Origin: a virus
Taxonomy: Duplodnaviria; Caudoviricetes
DNA: 62,906 bases
Virus record (IMG/VR): IMGVR_UViG_3300020183_000075
Span: 1 to 62,906 of that record
Strand: one strand, 5' to 3'
Of the stretch, positions 45,481-54,704 are shown piece by piece. Below the pieces are notes generated by a model that worked only from the letters and a program-made list of their open reading frames with translations, searched no databases and was not told where the DNA came from. Every line of letters starts with the position of its first letter. The stretch's first letter is position 1. Both the position numbers and the translations under genes were made by a program.

Positions 45481-47217
45481 TTATATTCCGTTTACTGTTG
45501 TATTAGCCTTTAATAAAAATTCATTGTTAAAAAGCAAACCGTCTTGGTATTTGGGAACTACAGTTATTGTTGTATATTGTGTTTCTGGTATTATATCAGG
45601 TTTTATAGTAACTATTCCACGTTGATAATCAATATCTCCGAAATTTTTAGTTCCTATTTGTTGAGAGTTAGACACTTTAAATGCGTATAATTTTCCACTA
45701 ATAGAATTACCATTGCTATCGAATTTAGTTGGAATATCTCCTAAAAATGCTGATTCAGAATTATATGTTATATTTGAAGATTTTACTACAGTAAATTTAG
45801 ATCCACTACTTGCCGATGCTAGTTCATTTTTAAATCCTATAATTCTATCTGTAACAGAACCGTATACATCCAAATTCAATGTGATAGAATTTAAATTTAT
45901 ACCAGTTACAGTATAGCTCTGACCAATCAAAACACGAAGATCTCCTAAAAATACTGTATTATTAAATTTATAATTCGTATTATAATAATCATTAATTAAA
46001 TTTTTAATTGCTGTGTTATTTAAATTTGGCCCTAAAACTGTGAGATTTATATTTGCTGTTACTATTTGTGGTTGAGTATACTCTGGTAGTACTGTTATAG
46101 CAGATTTTTTTTTCAAAAATGCAATACAATTTTTTACAGAATACGATCCAGCAGTTAGACCTTCGTTTGCAAAAGACACAAATACTCTGCCCATAGCCGG
46201 AGGATTGGCTTCTTCTCCTCCCCATACGTTTATTTCTTCTTTAGAAGTTATGTCTGAAGGTAATAATCCAGAATTTAATAATAAACCGTAATAATCGTCT
46301 TTAGTTATTGCTCTGTCGTTTGCAGCAAAAAGTTTTGGAGCAGAGAAACGATATAGATCTAAATCTGGAGTACTTCTACCACCATCAGATGGTGTAACAG
46401 CATTTATACTAATTGCTGAAGTAGAACTAAAAGTACTTACTCCATTCGCAGATTCCCCATTAGGAACTAGGTACGAGACTTTAACAGTATCACCTGCTTG
46501 TATATTTTTACCGTAATTATTACCAAAGTCATTTATACTTCTTTTACCAAAAACAATATAAAATCCTGCATTTGTTCTATCTAAGAAATAAACTTTTGCA
46601 TCTGGGCCAACAGTTTGTGTGTTTGGTGCATACGACCAAGTTTCTTCCACACCACCGGAAGTAACTTTAACTTTTATAGTGTTAATATCTAAATTTTTTG
46701 TGGCTATAAATGCTTTTTGTTCGGTAATATTCACACTGACAATTAAATCTTTTACAACACTACTAGCTTCATATACTTTAAATGTTTTATTTTGTGCATC
46801 TAGTTCTACATCTTCTATAGTGTAAAACAGATACACCAATCCATTATCATTAGTTCCTATAAATTGATCGGTGTAAGATGTTATTGTAGAAGTGGTCGTA
46901 GAAGAAGTTCCTGTTATTTCTGCGGTAGAACAAGATCTACTTGGTAATAGAACACCTAAAGGTTTTAATAATGAGACAAAATTATTTTCAACTTGTGCAG
47001 TTTCTAAAAAAGACTCGTTTGCTATCATGTTAGCATAATAGGCATAATATAGAGTATTATAAGCAAATACGTCTAAAAGTAGATTTATAGCAGATCCGTC
47101 GTAATTGTAACTATTTAAATCAGAATTTGGAAGAGCTTTTAAATAACTTTTAAAAGATTCTTTCAGTCCTTCAAAATCCAGAGAAGAAATGTTTATTTGT
47201 GGTGGTGGGTTTGCCAT
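45481..47217 (-). CDS. 6: Baseplate wedge protein (gp6)
   Basis: LDFE.LK, YNYDGSAINLLLDVFAYNTLY, NESFLETAQ, RAITKDDY, VWGGEE..PP..GRVF.S, GDIDY..G. Confidence 0.95.
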   Translation of the reverse strand: MANPPPQINISSLDFEGLKESFKSYLKALPNSDLNSYNYDGSAINLLLDVFAYNTLYYAYYANMIANESFLETAQVENNFVSLLKPLGVLLPSRSCSTAEITGTSSTTTSTITSYTDQFIGTNDNGLVYLFYTIEDVELDAQNKTFKVYEASSVVKDLIVSVNITEQKAFIATKNLDINTIKVKVTSGGVEETWSYAPNTQTVGPDAKVYFLDRTNAGFYIVFGKRSINDFGNNYGKNIQAGDTVKVSYLVPNGESANGVSTFSSTSAISINAVTPSDGGRSTPDLDLYRFSAPKLFAANDRAITKDDYYGLLLNSGLLPSDITSKEEINVWGGEEANPPAMGRVFVSFANEGLTAGSYSVKNCIAFLKKKSAITVLPEYTQPQIVTANINLTVLGPNLNNTAIKNLINDYYNTNYKFNNTVFLGDLRVLIGQSYTVTGINLNSITLNLDVYGSVTDRIIGFKNELASASSGSKFTVVKSSNITYNSESAFLGDIPTKFDSNGNSISGKLYAFKVSNSQQIGTKNFGDIDYQRGIVTIKPDIIPETQYTTITVVPKYQDGLLFNNEFLLKANTTVNGI

Positions 47218-47228
47218 TTATTTTACCT

Positions 47229-47594
47229 TCAGACCGTTAAACTCAAAGATCCTGAAGCAGATTCGTCATTTATCATATGAAATCTTAAATCTACTTGAAA
47301 TCCTTCTTGTAACCTAATAAATTGTATATTATCTATTATTGCTCGTGGTTCTTGTGACTCTAATTGGGCTTTGACTACTTCTTTTAAAACAGCTAATTGC
47401 ACGTCACCTTTATTTGTCTGTAATCCTTCTACCAGATCCGAACCAAAATTTGGCTGAAAAACTCGTTCTCCTTTTCTGGTTAAAGCAATATTACCTAAAC
47501 TTTGGCCTATAGCATAAACATCTTTTTTAAATGATATATCTTGAGTTAATTCATTTTTTGTCAAAAAAAAGTCTATATCTGAATATTTTGCCAT
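47229..47594 (-). CDS. 25: Baseplate wedge/sheath initiator (gp25)
   Basis: YSDID, AI.QSL.NI.LT.KGERVFQPNFGS, EPRA. Confidence 0.92.
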   Translation of the reverse strand: MAKYSDIDFFLTKNELTQDISFKKDVYAIGQSLGNIALTRKGERVFQPNFGSDLVEGLQTNKGDVQLAVLKEVVKAQLESQEPRAIIDNIQFIRLQEGFQVDLRFHMINDESASGSLSLTV

Positions 47595-47601
47595 TTTAAT
47601 G

Positions 47602-47609
47602 TATTTATA
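47602..47609 (-). promoter_or_regulatory. T4 late promoter TATAAATA upstream of gp25
   Basis: Exact consensus, intergenic. Confidence 0.8.
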
Positions 47610-47614
47610 AACGG

Positions 47615-48502
47615 TTATGCGTTTTCTATTACAACCTTTCTATAAGTCTTGGGATCAACTTCAGAACCATCTCTCATCAGATGTAAAAACATTGAATGTT
47701 TAATAGAAGTTATAACTCGTTGTATTTTATAGACCATCCAGCGTCCATCATGTCTAGTTTTTTTAATCTGAGTATTATTCTCCATGTTTACCCCATATTC
47801 TATATTAATCAGATCTCCGGGTTTAATATTAAAATCGCCATGAACCAGAATACGTATTCTGTTATACATCAATAAAGCAGTCTGTGCTCTTCTGTACAGA
47901 GGAGTTTTGGGTGGAGTGTTCCAGAATGTGGCATTTGTTTTAGAATACTCAACATATTTGTCGAATTGACAACCGCAACCGCCCTTACCGTTTCTACAAT
48001 CGCCTGTTGGATACGTTGGTGGAATATAAGAGTCTACTTGTATTTCTGATGGAAGTTTTGCTAATCTTCCGTAATCGGCATTTCCGGACTGTAATCCGTA
48101 ATCGCTTTCTGTGATGTGGCCTTTAGTTGACCACCAAGAAGTATTTGGTATATCGGTTCCGGTAGAACAAAAACAATTATATGCAGCATTAGGATCAGAA
48201 TAATCAATTCCTAACCATTCTATTCCTAATTCTTTTTTAATACTAGCACATTCTGTCGCCAGATTTTTAGCGCATAGTAGTTCATCGTCTGAGGGCTCTG
48301 GTTGTTGAGGCTGTAATTTTGAAAGATGAGGAGGAACATAACTTGGAAAAGGAGGTAGTTCTGAATTTGGTAAAAATATATCAGGATTTAGTGATGGACC
48401 AAATTTACTGTGTTCTCTGGATGATATACTAAATTTATGAGGATAATAACCACTATAATCGTCTGATGAAAAATTTGATGTATTTACTTGGTCTTGACTC
48501 AT
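47615..48502 (-). CDS. Baseplate hub gp27-like, C-terminal part
   Basis: IRILVHGDFNIKPGDLINI...GRWMVYKIQRVI...HSMFLHLMRD matches the last hub beta-barrel pattern. Start set to ATG 48502 (AAGGA RBS). Confidence 0.7.
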   Translation of the reverse strand: MSQDQVNTSNFSSDDYSGYYPHKFSISSREHSKFGPSLNPDIFLPNSELPPFPSYVPPHLSKLQPQQPEPSDDELLCAKNLATECASIKKELGIEWLGIDYSDPNAAYNCFCSTGTDIPNTSWWSTKGHITESDYGLQSGNADYGRLAKLPSEIQVDSYIPPTYPTGDCRNGKGGCGCQFDKYVEYSKTNATFWNTPPKTPLYRRAQTALLMYNRIRILVHGDFNIKPGDLINIEYGVNMENNTQIKKTRHDGRWMVYKIQRVITSIKHSMFLHLMRDGSEVDPKTYRKVVIENA

Positions 48503-48503
48503 G

Positions 48504-50528
48504 TTATTGTTCCTTTGCCACACAAACTCCGGCATTTTCTACGTCAAATATGAACATAGGACCAGTTTCTTGTTTTGGTGGAAATCCGCATGGGAATGAT
48601 GTAGCGGGTATTAAAAGATCTACCATTTTTGAACTTATAACATCTATTTTTACAACACGTCCTACATATTCGTCACGAATTGAACTTTCTTCTGTCCCAG
48701 ATTTAACTCTAAATTGACCAACTGGTTGCATAACAATTCCATCAATAGTTCCTTCGCTTTTAGAAACTTGGCTAGAAGCACCAGGAGATACTAAAGACGT
48801 CTGAAGATCTCTACTTTCTTCTTTATTTGCTGGTAATGTTGTATTTAAAAACTCATTTAAATTATAAGCTCTTCCTTTAATCCCCCATGGAACTGTAACT
48901 ATACTAAACGGATAATCTTTATCTGCTACAACATTTTGAACTGCTCGTTGATTTCTGAATCCTCTTCCTCTGTCTCTTTTATTCCAAAATTCTATTTCTT
49001 TAAAATAATAACTGTAAATACCACCGGCACCATTATCGTATATCTTATCTGCTCTTAGTAATATTGCATAAAAGCTGGTTGGTTGGTTTCGCTCTCCTAA
49101 TATACTTTGACGATAAAATTTCCATTTTGTATCTTGTCTTTTAAGATAAGCGTAATAGGTTCTATTTTTAGACAAAGGCCATTTAATCTTTTCGTATATC
49201 TTCTTTAAACAAGATGCTGGTAGTTCGCAAAAATCAAATTGAGCTTGCCAATAATTTCCTTCGATTCGTTCTACTTCGGAAGTAATACCACCAATTTTTT
49301 CACCTTCAAAGTGTTTGTATGAAGAATCCCAGTAGTTCCACCACGGTCTGTTAGATTGGCCATAAGCGTCCTGAAAATATCCGTAATATGAATCTGATAT
49401 TCTGTTTGGTGAATATACCAATGAAACATCCCTGACATCTATAGGTGGATAAGAAGATATTTTCTTAAACCCGGTATCTGTGTAATAATCATAAACAACT
49501 TGTGTTCTTTTTAGAGACTCTGATGTATCAACAACAAATTTATACGGATTAATCCAATCAGGTTTAACACGAACATATTCTCCGCTGAAAGCACCATTAT
49601 TAACAAGTTTTGCTACAGGAGTTTCTGTTATTATTTGAAGGTCCACTATTGCATTAATATCATTCTCGTTTAAAGAAGGAACATATGTGGCTTTAATAGG
49701 CTTTTCCAACAAAGATTCCACACATTTAAAATTAAATTTATCTAGATCTTCCCAGAAGAAAAAATTTACCGCATTTGGATTTTTAGAATAACAAGCGTAT
49801 TCACAAACATAGTTCATCATTTGGCCGATTTTTGCAGGAACACCAATTTTACTCCAAGGATAATGACTGGGATTCAATTTAAACCAAACATCATTAAATG
49901 TTGCGTCTGCATCTAGTTGCTTGGGAGCATCTTCTCCTTGATTCGAACCAAATCCAAACTCTTGAAATACGTATTGAACAAAACCGGGACCATTTATAGA
50001 GCCACACTTTTCTAAATTTGGTACTTGAGAAGTATAAGATGATGCCGAATTAGATCCAGAACTACTAGATATTCTTCCTATAAAAGACTTCAACAACATG
50101 GTATCAAAGTTTTTATAGATTAATTGATCTGAAGTAAACTTTATAGCGACAGGAATAGTGTTACCGAATGGACCTAAAATTTGTTTGGAAACACTGTTAG
50201 CTTCAGATACGATTTCTACTATTTTGAAACGACAAGTTTTAGTTGCTCCTTGAGCTGTATATTTTATCTGTACTATATCGTATGATGTAAAATTTAGTTG
50301 TTCTACTATGAAAGCAGGATCAAAGAAATATAGAGTTCCCGAGACAGACTCTGCAAACATGTCTTCATCTAAAATTAAAGAATCAAAAATTATAGGTTCG
50401 TTAGCATCTCTAGGAAAAACCGTAAAAGCAACAAACTGTGATGCAGTATTGGGATCATTGTTAATAAGAGTTATCTCTTGTATTTCAATGTTCGGTATAC
50501 TTATTTGGTCATTAGGAAGAATACTCAT
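48504..50528 (-). CDS. Baseplate hub gp27-like, N-terminal part with C-terminal extension
   Basis: LILDEDMFAESVSGTLYFFD and FFFWEDLDKFNFKCVESLL hub motifs; follows gp53. Confidence 0.7.
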   Translation of the reverse strand: MSILPNDQISIPNIEIQEITLINNDPNTASQFVAFTVFPRDANEPIIFDSLILDEDMFAESVSGTLYFFDPAFIVEQLNFTSYDIVQIKYTAQGATKTCRFKIVEIVSEANSVSKQILGPFGNTIPVAIKFTSDQLIYKNFDTMLLKSFIGRISSSSGSNSASSYTSQVPNLEKCGSINGPGFVQYVFQEFGFGSNQGEDAPKQLDADATFNDVWFKLNPSHYPWSKIGVPAKIGQMMNYVCEYACYSKNPNAVNFFFWEDLDKFNFKCVESLLEKPIKATYVPSLNENDINAIVDLQIITETPVAKLVNNGAFSGEYVRVKPDWINPYKFVVDTSESLKRTQVVYDYYTDTGFKKISSYPPIDVRDVSLVYSPNRISDSYYGYFQDAYGQSNRPWWNYWDSSYKHFEGEKIGGITSEVERIEGNYWQAQFDFCELPASCLKKIYEKIKWPLSKNRTYYAYLKRQDTKWKFYRQSILGERNQPTSFYAILLRADKIYDNGAGGIYSYYFKEIEFWNKRDRGRGFRNQRAVQNVVADKDYPFSIVTVPWGIKGRAYNLNEFLNTTLPANKEESRDLQTSLVSPGASSQVSKSEGTIDGIVMQPVGQFRVKSGTEESSIRDEYVGRVVKIDVISSKMVDLLIPATSFPCGFPPKQETGPMFIFDVENAGVCVAKEQ

Positions 50529-53500
50529 AGATCAGTTATCCTGATATCAATCTTGTTTTCTGTTTGTACTAAATTCTTAAATTGTTTTTCAAATTCGTAT
50601 AGTTTATTATTATTTAAGTATTTAATTTCTGTTACTTGTATTTGTGCTTGTTGTTGTTTGTATGGTGTTATTAGTAGATCGTTACCACTTGCAGTTTGAT
50701 ATGCGTTTATAAATGCAGTTTTCCAGACAGAACCATTATTTGCGGTAGGATCTTGTATATTACCAGCGCCGTCAACAATATATTGAACACTATTCATATA
50801 TGAATCTACACTTAGAAGTTTATGTTGAATATTTTTTATAATACTACCATCTCTGATTACAGATACATTAGTTCCGGATGGATCGGTTAATTGTATTGGA
50901 GATTCATTTGGTGCAGAATAACTTTTTACATAAATTCTTTTAAATATATCATCGACCCTATCCACTCGACCCAGATACTTTTTATTTTCTCCGGTCTCGA
51001 ATAATACTAGATGATTTCCGCCCGATTCTACAGTATCAAACATTCCTTCTATGGAAGTAAGGTTTACCGTCAAAGTAGAACCAGAACAACCACCAGAATC
51101 TGTAATAATTTTTCCTGCCGTAAATAATTTTCCTGTTGTGTCTATAGCTGCAGAGTGTGCATCACCCGCAGAAATATCAATATAAGTTCCTGCTGGTATA
51201 TTTTGTTTATTATCTAGAGTAGAGCCTAAGAAATAAACAGTTCCTAATTTATCCAATAAAATACTATGATCTTTTCCTGATTTAATCTTTGTTATATTTT
51301 TAATGTCATAGAAATTAAATTCTGTTTTAACTTCTGTTATAAGATTGTTAAAATAATTTAATAAACTAATTAATTTAGTAGTATTGGGTTTAGAGGAATT
51401 AAATACAGAATAGTCTTCATTTATTAATTCTGTTTGCAATACAGACCAATCTATAGCAGTAAAACCAATATCTGCATTTTTATTATTCCAATAATATGTA
51501 CCTCCTAATATTCCATAATAATACCACTGATCTAGCGCTTTTCTTTCAAAAGTATTTCCTAAAATAGCCAGAATACTATTATCAAAAATTGAAATATTAT
51601 TTATAGATGTATTATAATTATTTTCTGATGTTTTTGATTCATCTATTGAATTTTTAAATATTTGATTATATACTAGAATTCCTGTTGCACCTTGTACTAA
51701 AACTGGACCTTTAGTTACAACATCATATGTAAATCCGACATTAATATCAAAATTATGACTAAAATTACTAAGTATTACTTTATTGATATTTTTTCCAGTA
51801 ATATTTTCGTAATCTTTTAATATTTTTTTATTATTTTTCCATATTATTGGTGTATTTGATATTTCTTCTGGTAGTATAAATTTACTAATATTATTATCTA
51901 CGATAAAATCATAATTCACATCTTGTAAAAACTGCTTCCAGCGATCATAATATTTTGTATAAACAGCAGAAGTGATTCCTATAGAATTTAAATAATAATT
52001 TTTAGATGCGAGTTCTTCTGAATAAGGTTTATATTCACGATAAGATATATCAAAACCATTTATTGGTAAGTAAGAATTTACTCCTTGTGTAATATAAGGA
52101 GTCCAAGATTCATCTTTACTATATTCTCGATAATTAATTAAAGTATTTCCAGTTTGCCAACTTAATTTGTGTGTAAATGTATAACCACCAAATGCTCCAC
52201 TAAATCCTATATTTGTATAATTTGGTAAAAGCGATCCGACATTAAAACCAACAGCAATAGATTCTTTATTTCCTGTTAAATCAAATATTGCCTGTTTTGC
52301 TAAAGTATAGCCTAAATTATAAAAGTTTTTTATGTAATATAGTGTAGTATTAAAATCATCATCCGTCACCGGAGCAGAATAAAAATTATAAGATAAAACA
52401 TTTTGATATGTTACTCCGTCTCCAGCTAAAGATAACCCTGATGAATTTAACGTATAACCCAAATATTTAATATTTGCAGGTTCATTAAACCAGCGTAAAC
52501 TGTTTTGATCATTATCACTGATATTTAATATTAATTTTTTTGGATATTCTCCTATTTGATTGTAATATTCTTGTATTTTTGTTTTTAAATGGTCTTTAAA
52601 TAAGCTTTCACCCCAATTACCATCAAAAGTGTAGCCTATTAAATTATCTTTATATTTTTTATTTTTAGGTAGTCTATTAGTTATAGATAAAGGTTTTAAA
52701 TAATCAAATAATTGATTTTGATCTAATCCATTTACATCTTCTGTATTGCCCCAATAAACTACATCTCCGTTATTTTTAACTGCACCAGAACAAGTAGGTG
52801 TTGCAAAAATTGAAGATACTTCTGTTAAATCAGGAGGTACGGAACACTGACCGTGAGTATTGTCACCAAAACAATATACATTTCCACTATTAGTTAGAAT
52901 AACAACATGATCTCCACCACTAACAGCTTGTTTCCAGTCAATATCAAATGGAGTTTGCATTGGTAATTGTTTGACTCTGCCCCAAACATCAAAATAACCA
53001 TCAGCAAAGATGACACCAAAATTATTAACTCCACAAAGAACCTTAATTATAGGTTCTATTTTAGTGTTAATTCTGTCCCATGTAGCCTGAGACATGTATT
53101 GTTTATCAGTTTCAACACCTAAAATTTCTATTGTGTTATTTTTTCTTGCAGCAATAACAGCATCAAACCCAGCAGCTATATCAGTTACTCTTGTATAACT
53201 TCCAGTTTCGTCTCGTGATAATCTTCCTAAAACCGTATCACTATATTTACCTGGGCCCATTGGAATATGATCTACATTTTTAGTTGTATCTTTTCTTAAT
53301 AAAAATAGATCTCTCCAACCAGCAGATATCTTTTCTACTACTGAATTTGGTTGTTTATACTCATTTGGTATTTTTGTAGAAATATCAAAATAGACAGGAC
53401 TATTTGGTGTTATGGGTGTATCAAAAGGATTAAACCCCCATAGTCTAGTTTCATACTGACCGGTAAAATTTTCTATTCCTCCAGAGCAATTTGCTTTTGC

Positions 53501-54700
53501 TGAAATAGAATCATTAGAATATGAATAAGAAGAATCTATGGGAAGTGGTAAAGACGAATCAATTATAGTACCATTTCCTAATTGACCATTAAAATTTCTT
53601 CCCCAACTATAAAGCTCATTAACTCCAGGAACTATTTCTTTTAATCCTAAACAGTGAGATCTACCACAAGATATTGATTTCCAATTATTATCAGAACTAA
53701 CTTTATTTAAAAATGGTTGAATTGAAGCATTATAAATTCTACCATTTGGTCCTTCTATTCTAGTGCCATTACCGTAGATGCCTGAAAAATTGTCCCCCCA
53801 AGCATATAAATGGCCTCCAGATATACCAAGACAAGATATTTCGCTAGCAGATATTGAAGACCAGGAATTGGGTCCAGGTATTGGTGTATAAGTATTATAC
53901 AATTTTCCAAAAGAAACTGAATCAGAATCCGTAATTAAGTTTTCTGTCATGTGCGAGAGAAAAATTAGTTCAGTAGACTGTGTTAATCCTTCATTTCCTC
54001 TGCCTAAAACTCCTGCTGTATTTGGCCCCCACGAATATAAATAACCATTTCTTATACCCAACGCGTAATTTTTTCCTGCACTTATGTGTGACCAACCATT
54101 TAAATTGTGAACTCTTTTTGGATTAATAAAGATACCCATATTTCCACTAAAAGGTCCTTGGAGATTACAGGCTTCTGTTACTCTGTCTCCATCAATAAGC
54201 AAACGACCTACTACACATCCCCACGCATAAAGAAATCCGTTTCTAATACCATAAGAAAAGAGATCTCCAGCTTCTACTTTTTCCCAACCAGTAAGACCTC
54301 CAACTTTAGTGGGAATATGTGTATAATCTAAACTTCCATATAATGTATTCCCTATAAAATTTACATTAGTTTTAAACTGATTATATTCGCTGTCAGAAGA
54401 AAAAAGATCATTTAAAAAATCTGATCTTCTTTTAGAAATCGCCGTCAAGCCTAATTGACCAGTTTCATTACTACCCCATGCATACAAGTTATCACCACAT
54501 ATTCCTAAAGAATGATTAATACCAGCAGAAATCTCAGTCCAATTTCCACTATTTGAAATTAATTTAGGAGTCGATTTAAACTGTACACTTGTAGTAATAC
54601 CCAATTGACCCCAATCATTTTTACCCCAAGAATATAAATTTCCATTATTTATTAATAATCCGTGGTTTTGTCCAATAGAAATTTTATATACGTTATTCAT
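50525..54700 (-). CDS. RCC1/BLIP-II repeat protein ending in a gp53-like C-terminus
   Basis: Many ISAG.NHSLG...LYAWG.N..GQLG repeats; C-terminal EIKYLNNNKLYEFEKQFKNLV. Confidence 0.75.
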   Translation of the reverse strand: MNNVYKISIGQNHGLLINNGNLYSWGKNDWGQLGITTSVQFKSTPKLISNSGNWTEISAGINHSLGICGDNLYAWGSNETGQLGLTAISKRRSDFLNDLFSSDSEYNQFKTNVNFIGNTLYGSLDYTHIPTKVGGLTGWEKVEAGDLFSYGIRNGFLYAWGCVVGRLLIDGDRVTEACNLQGPFSGNMGIFINPKRVHNLNGWSHISAGKNYALGIRNGYLYSWGPNTAGVLGRGNEGLTQSTELIFLSHMTENLITDSDSVSFGKLYNTYTPIPGPNSWSSISASEISCLGISGGHLYAWGDNFSGIYGNGTRIEGPNGRIYNASIQPFLNKVSSDNNWKSISCGRSHCLGLKEIVPGVNELYSWGRNFNGQLGNGTIIDSSLPLPIDSSYSYSNDSISAKANCSGGIENFTGQYETRLWGFNPFDTPITPNSPVYFDISTKIPNEYKQPNSVVEKISAGWRDLFLLRKDTTKNVDHIPMGPGKYSDTVLGRLSRDETGSYTRVTDIAAGFDAVIAARKNNTIEILGVETDKQYMSQATWDRINTKIEPIIKVLCGVNNFGVIFADGYFDVWGRVKQLPMQTPFDIDWKQAVSGGDHVVILTNSGNVYCFGDNTHGQCSVPPDLTEVSSIFATPTCSGAVKNNGDVVYWGNTEDVNGLDQNQLFDYLKPLSITNRLPKNKKYKDNLIGYTFDGNWGESLFKDHLKTKIQEYYNQIGEYPKKLILNISDNDQNSLRWFNEPANIKYLGYTLNSSGLSLAGDGVTYQNVLSYNFYSAPVTDDDFNTTLYYIKNFYNLGYTLAKQAIFDLTGNKESIAVGFNVGSLLPNYTNIGFSGAFGGYTFTHKLSWQTGNTLINYREYSKDESWTPYITQGVNSYLPINGFDISYREYKPYSEELASKNYYLNSIGITSAVYTKYYDRWKQFLQDVNYDFIVDNNISKFILPEEISNTPIIWKNNKKILKDYENITGKNINKVILSNFSHNFDINVGFTYDVVTKGPVLVQGATGILVYNQIFKNSIDESKTSENNYNTSINNISIFDNSILAILGNTFERKALDQWYYYGILGGTYYWNNKNADIGFTAIDWSVLQTELINEDYSVFNSSKPNTTKLISLLNYFNNLITEVKTEFNFYDIKNITKIKSGKDHSILLDKLGTVYFLGSTLDNKQNIPAGTYIDISAGDAHSAAIDTTGKLFTAGKIITDSGGCSGSTLTVNLTSIEGMFDTVESGGNHLVLFETGENKKYLGRVDRVDDIFKRIYVKSYSAPNESPIQLTDPSGTNVSVIRDGSIIKNIQHKLLSVDSYMNSVQYIVDGAGNIQDPTANNGSVWKTAFINAYQTASGNDLLITPYKQQQAQIQVTEIKYLNNNKLYEFEKQFKNLVQTENKIDIRITDL

Positions 54701-54704
54701 GTTT

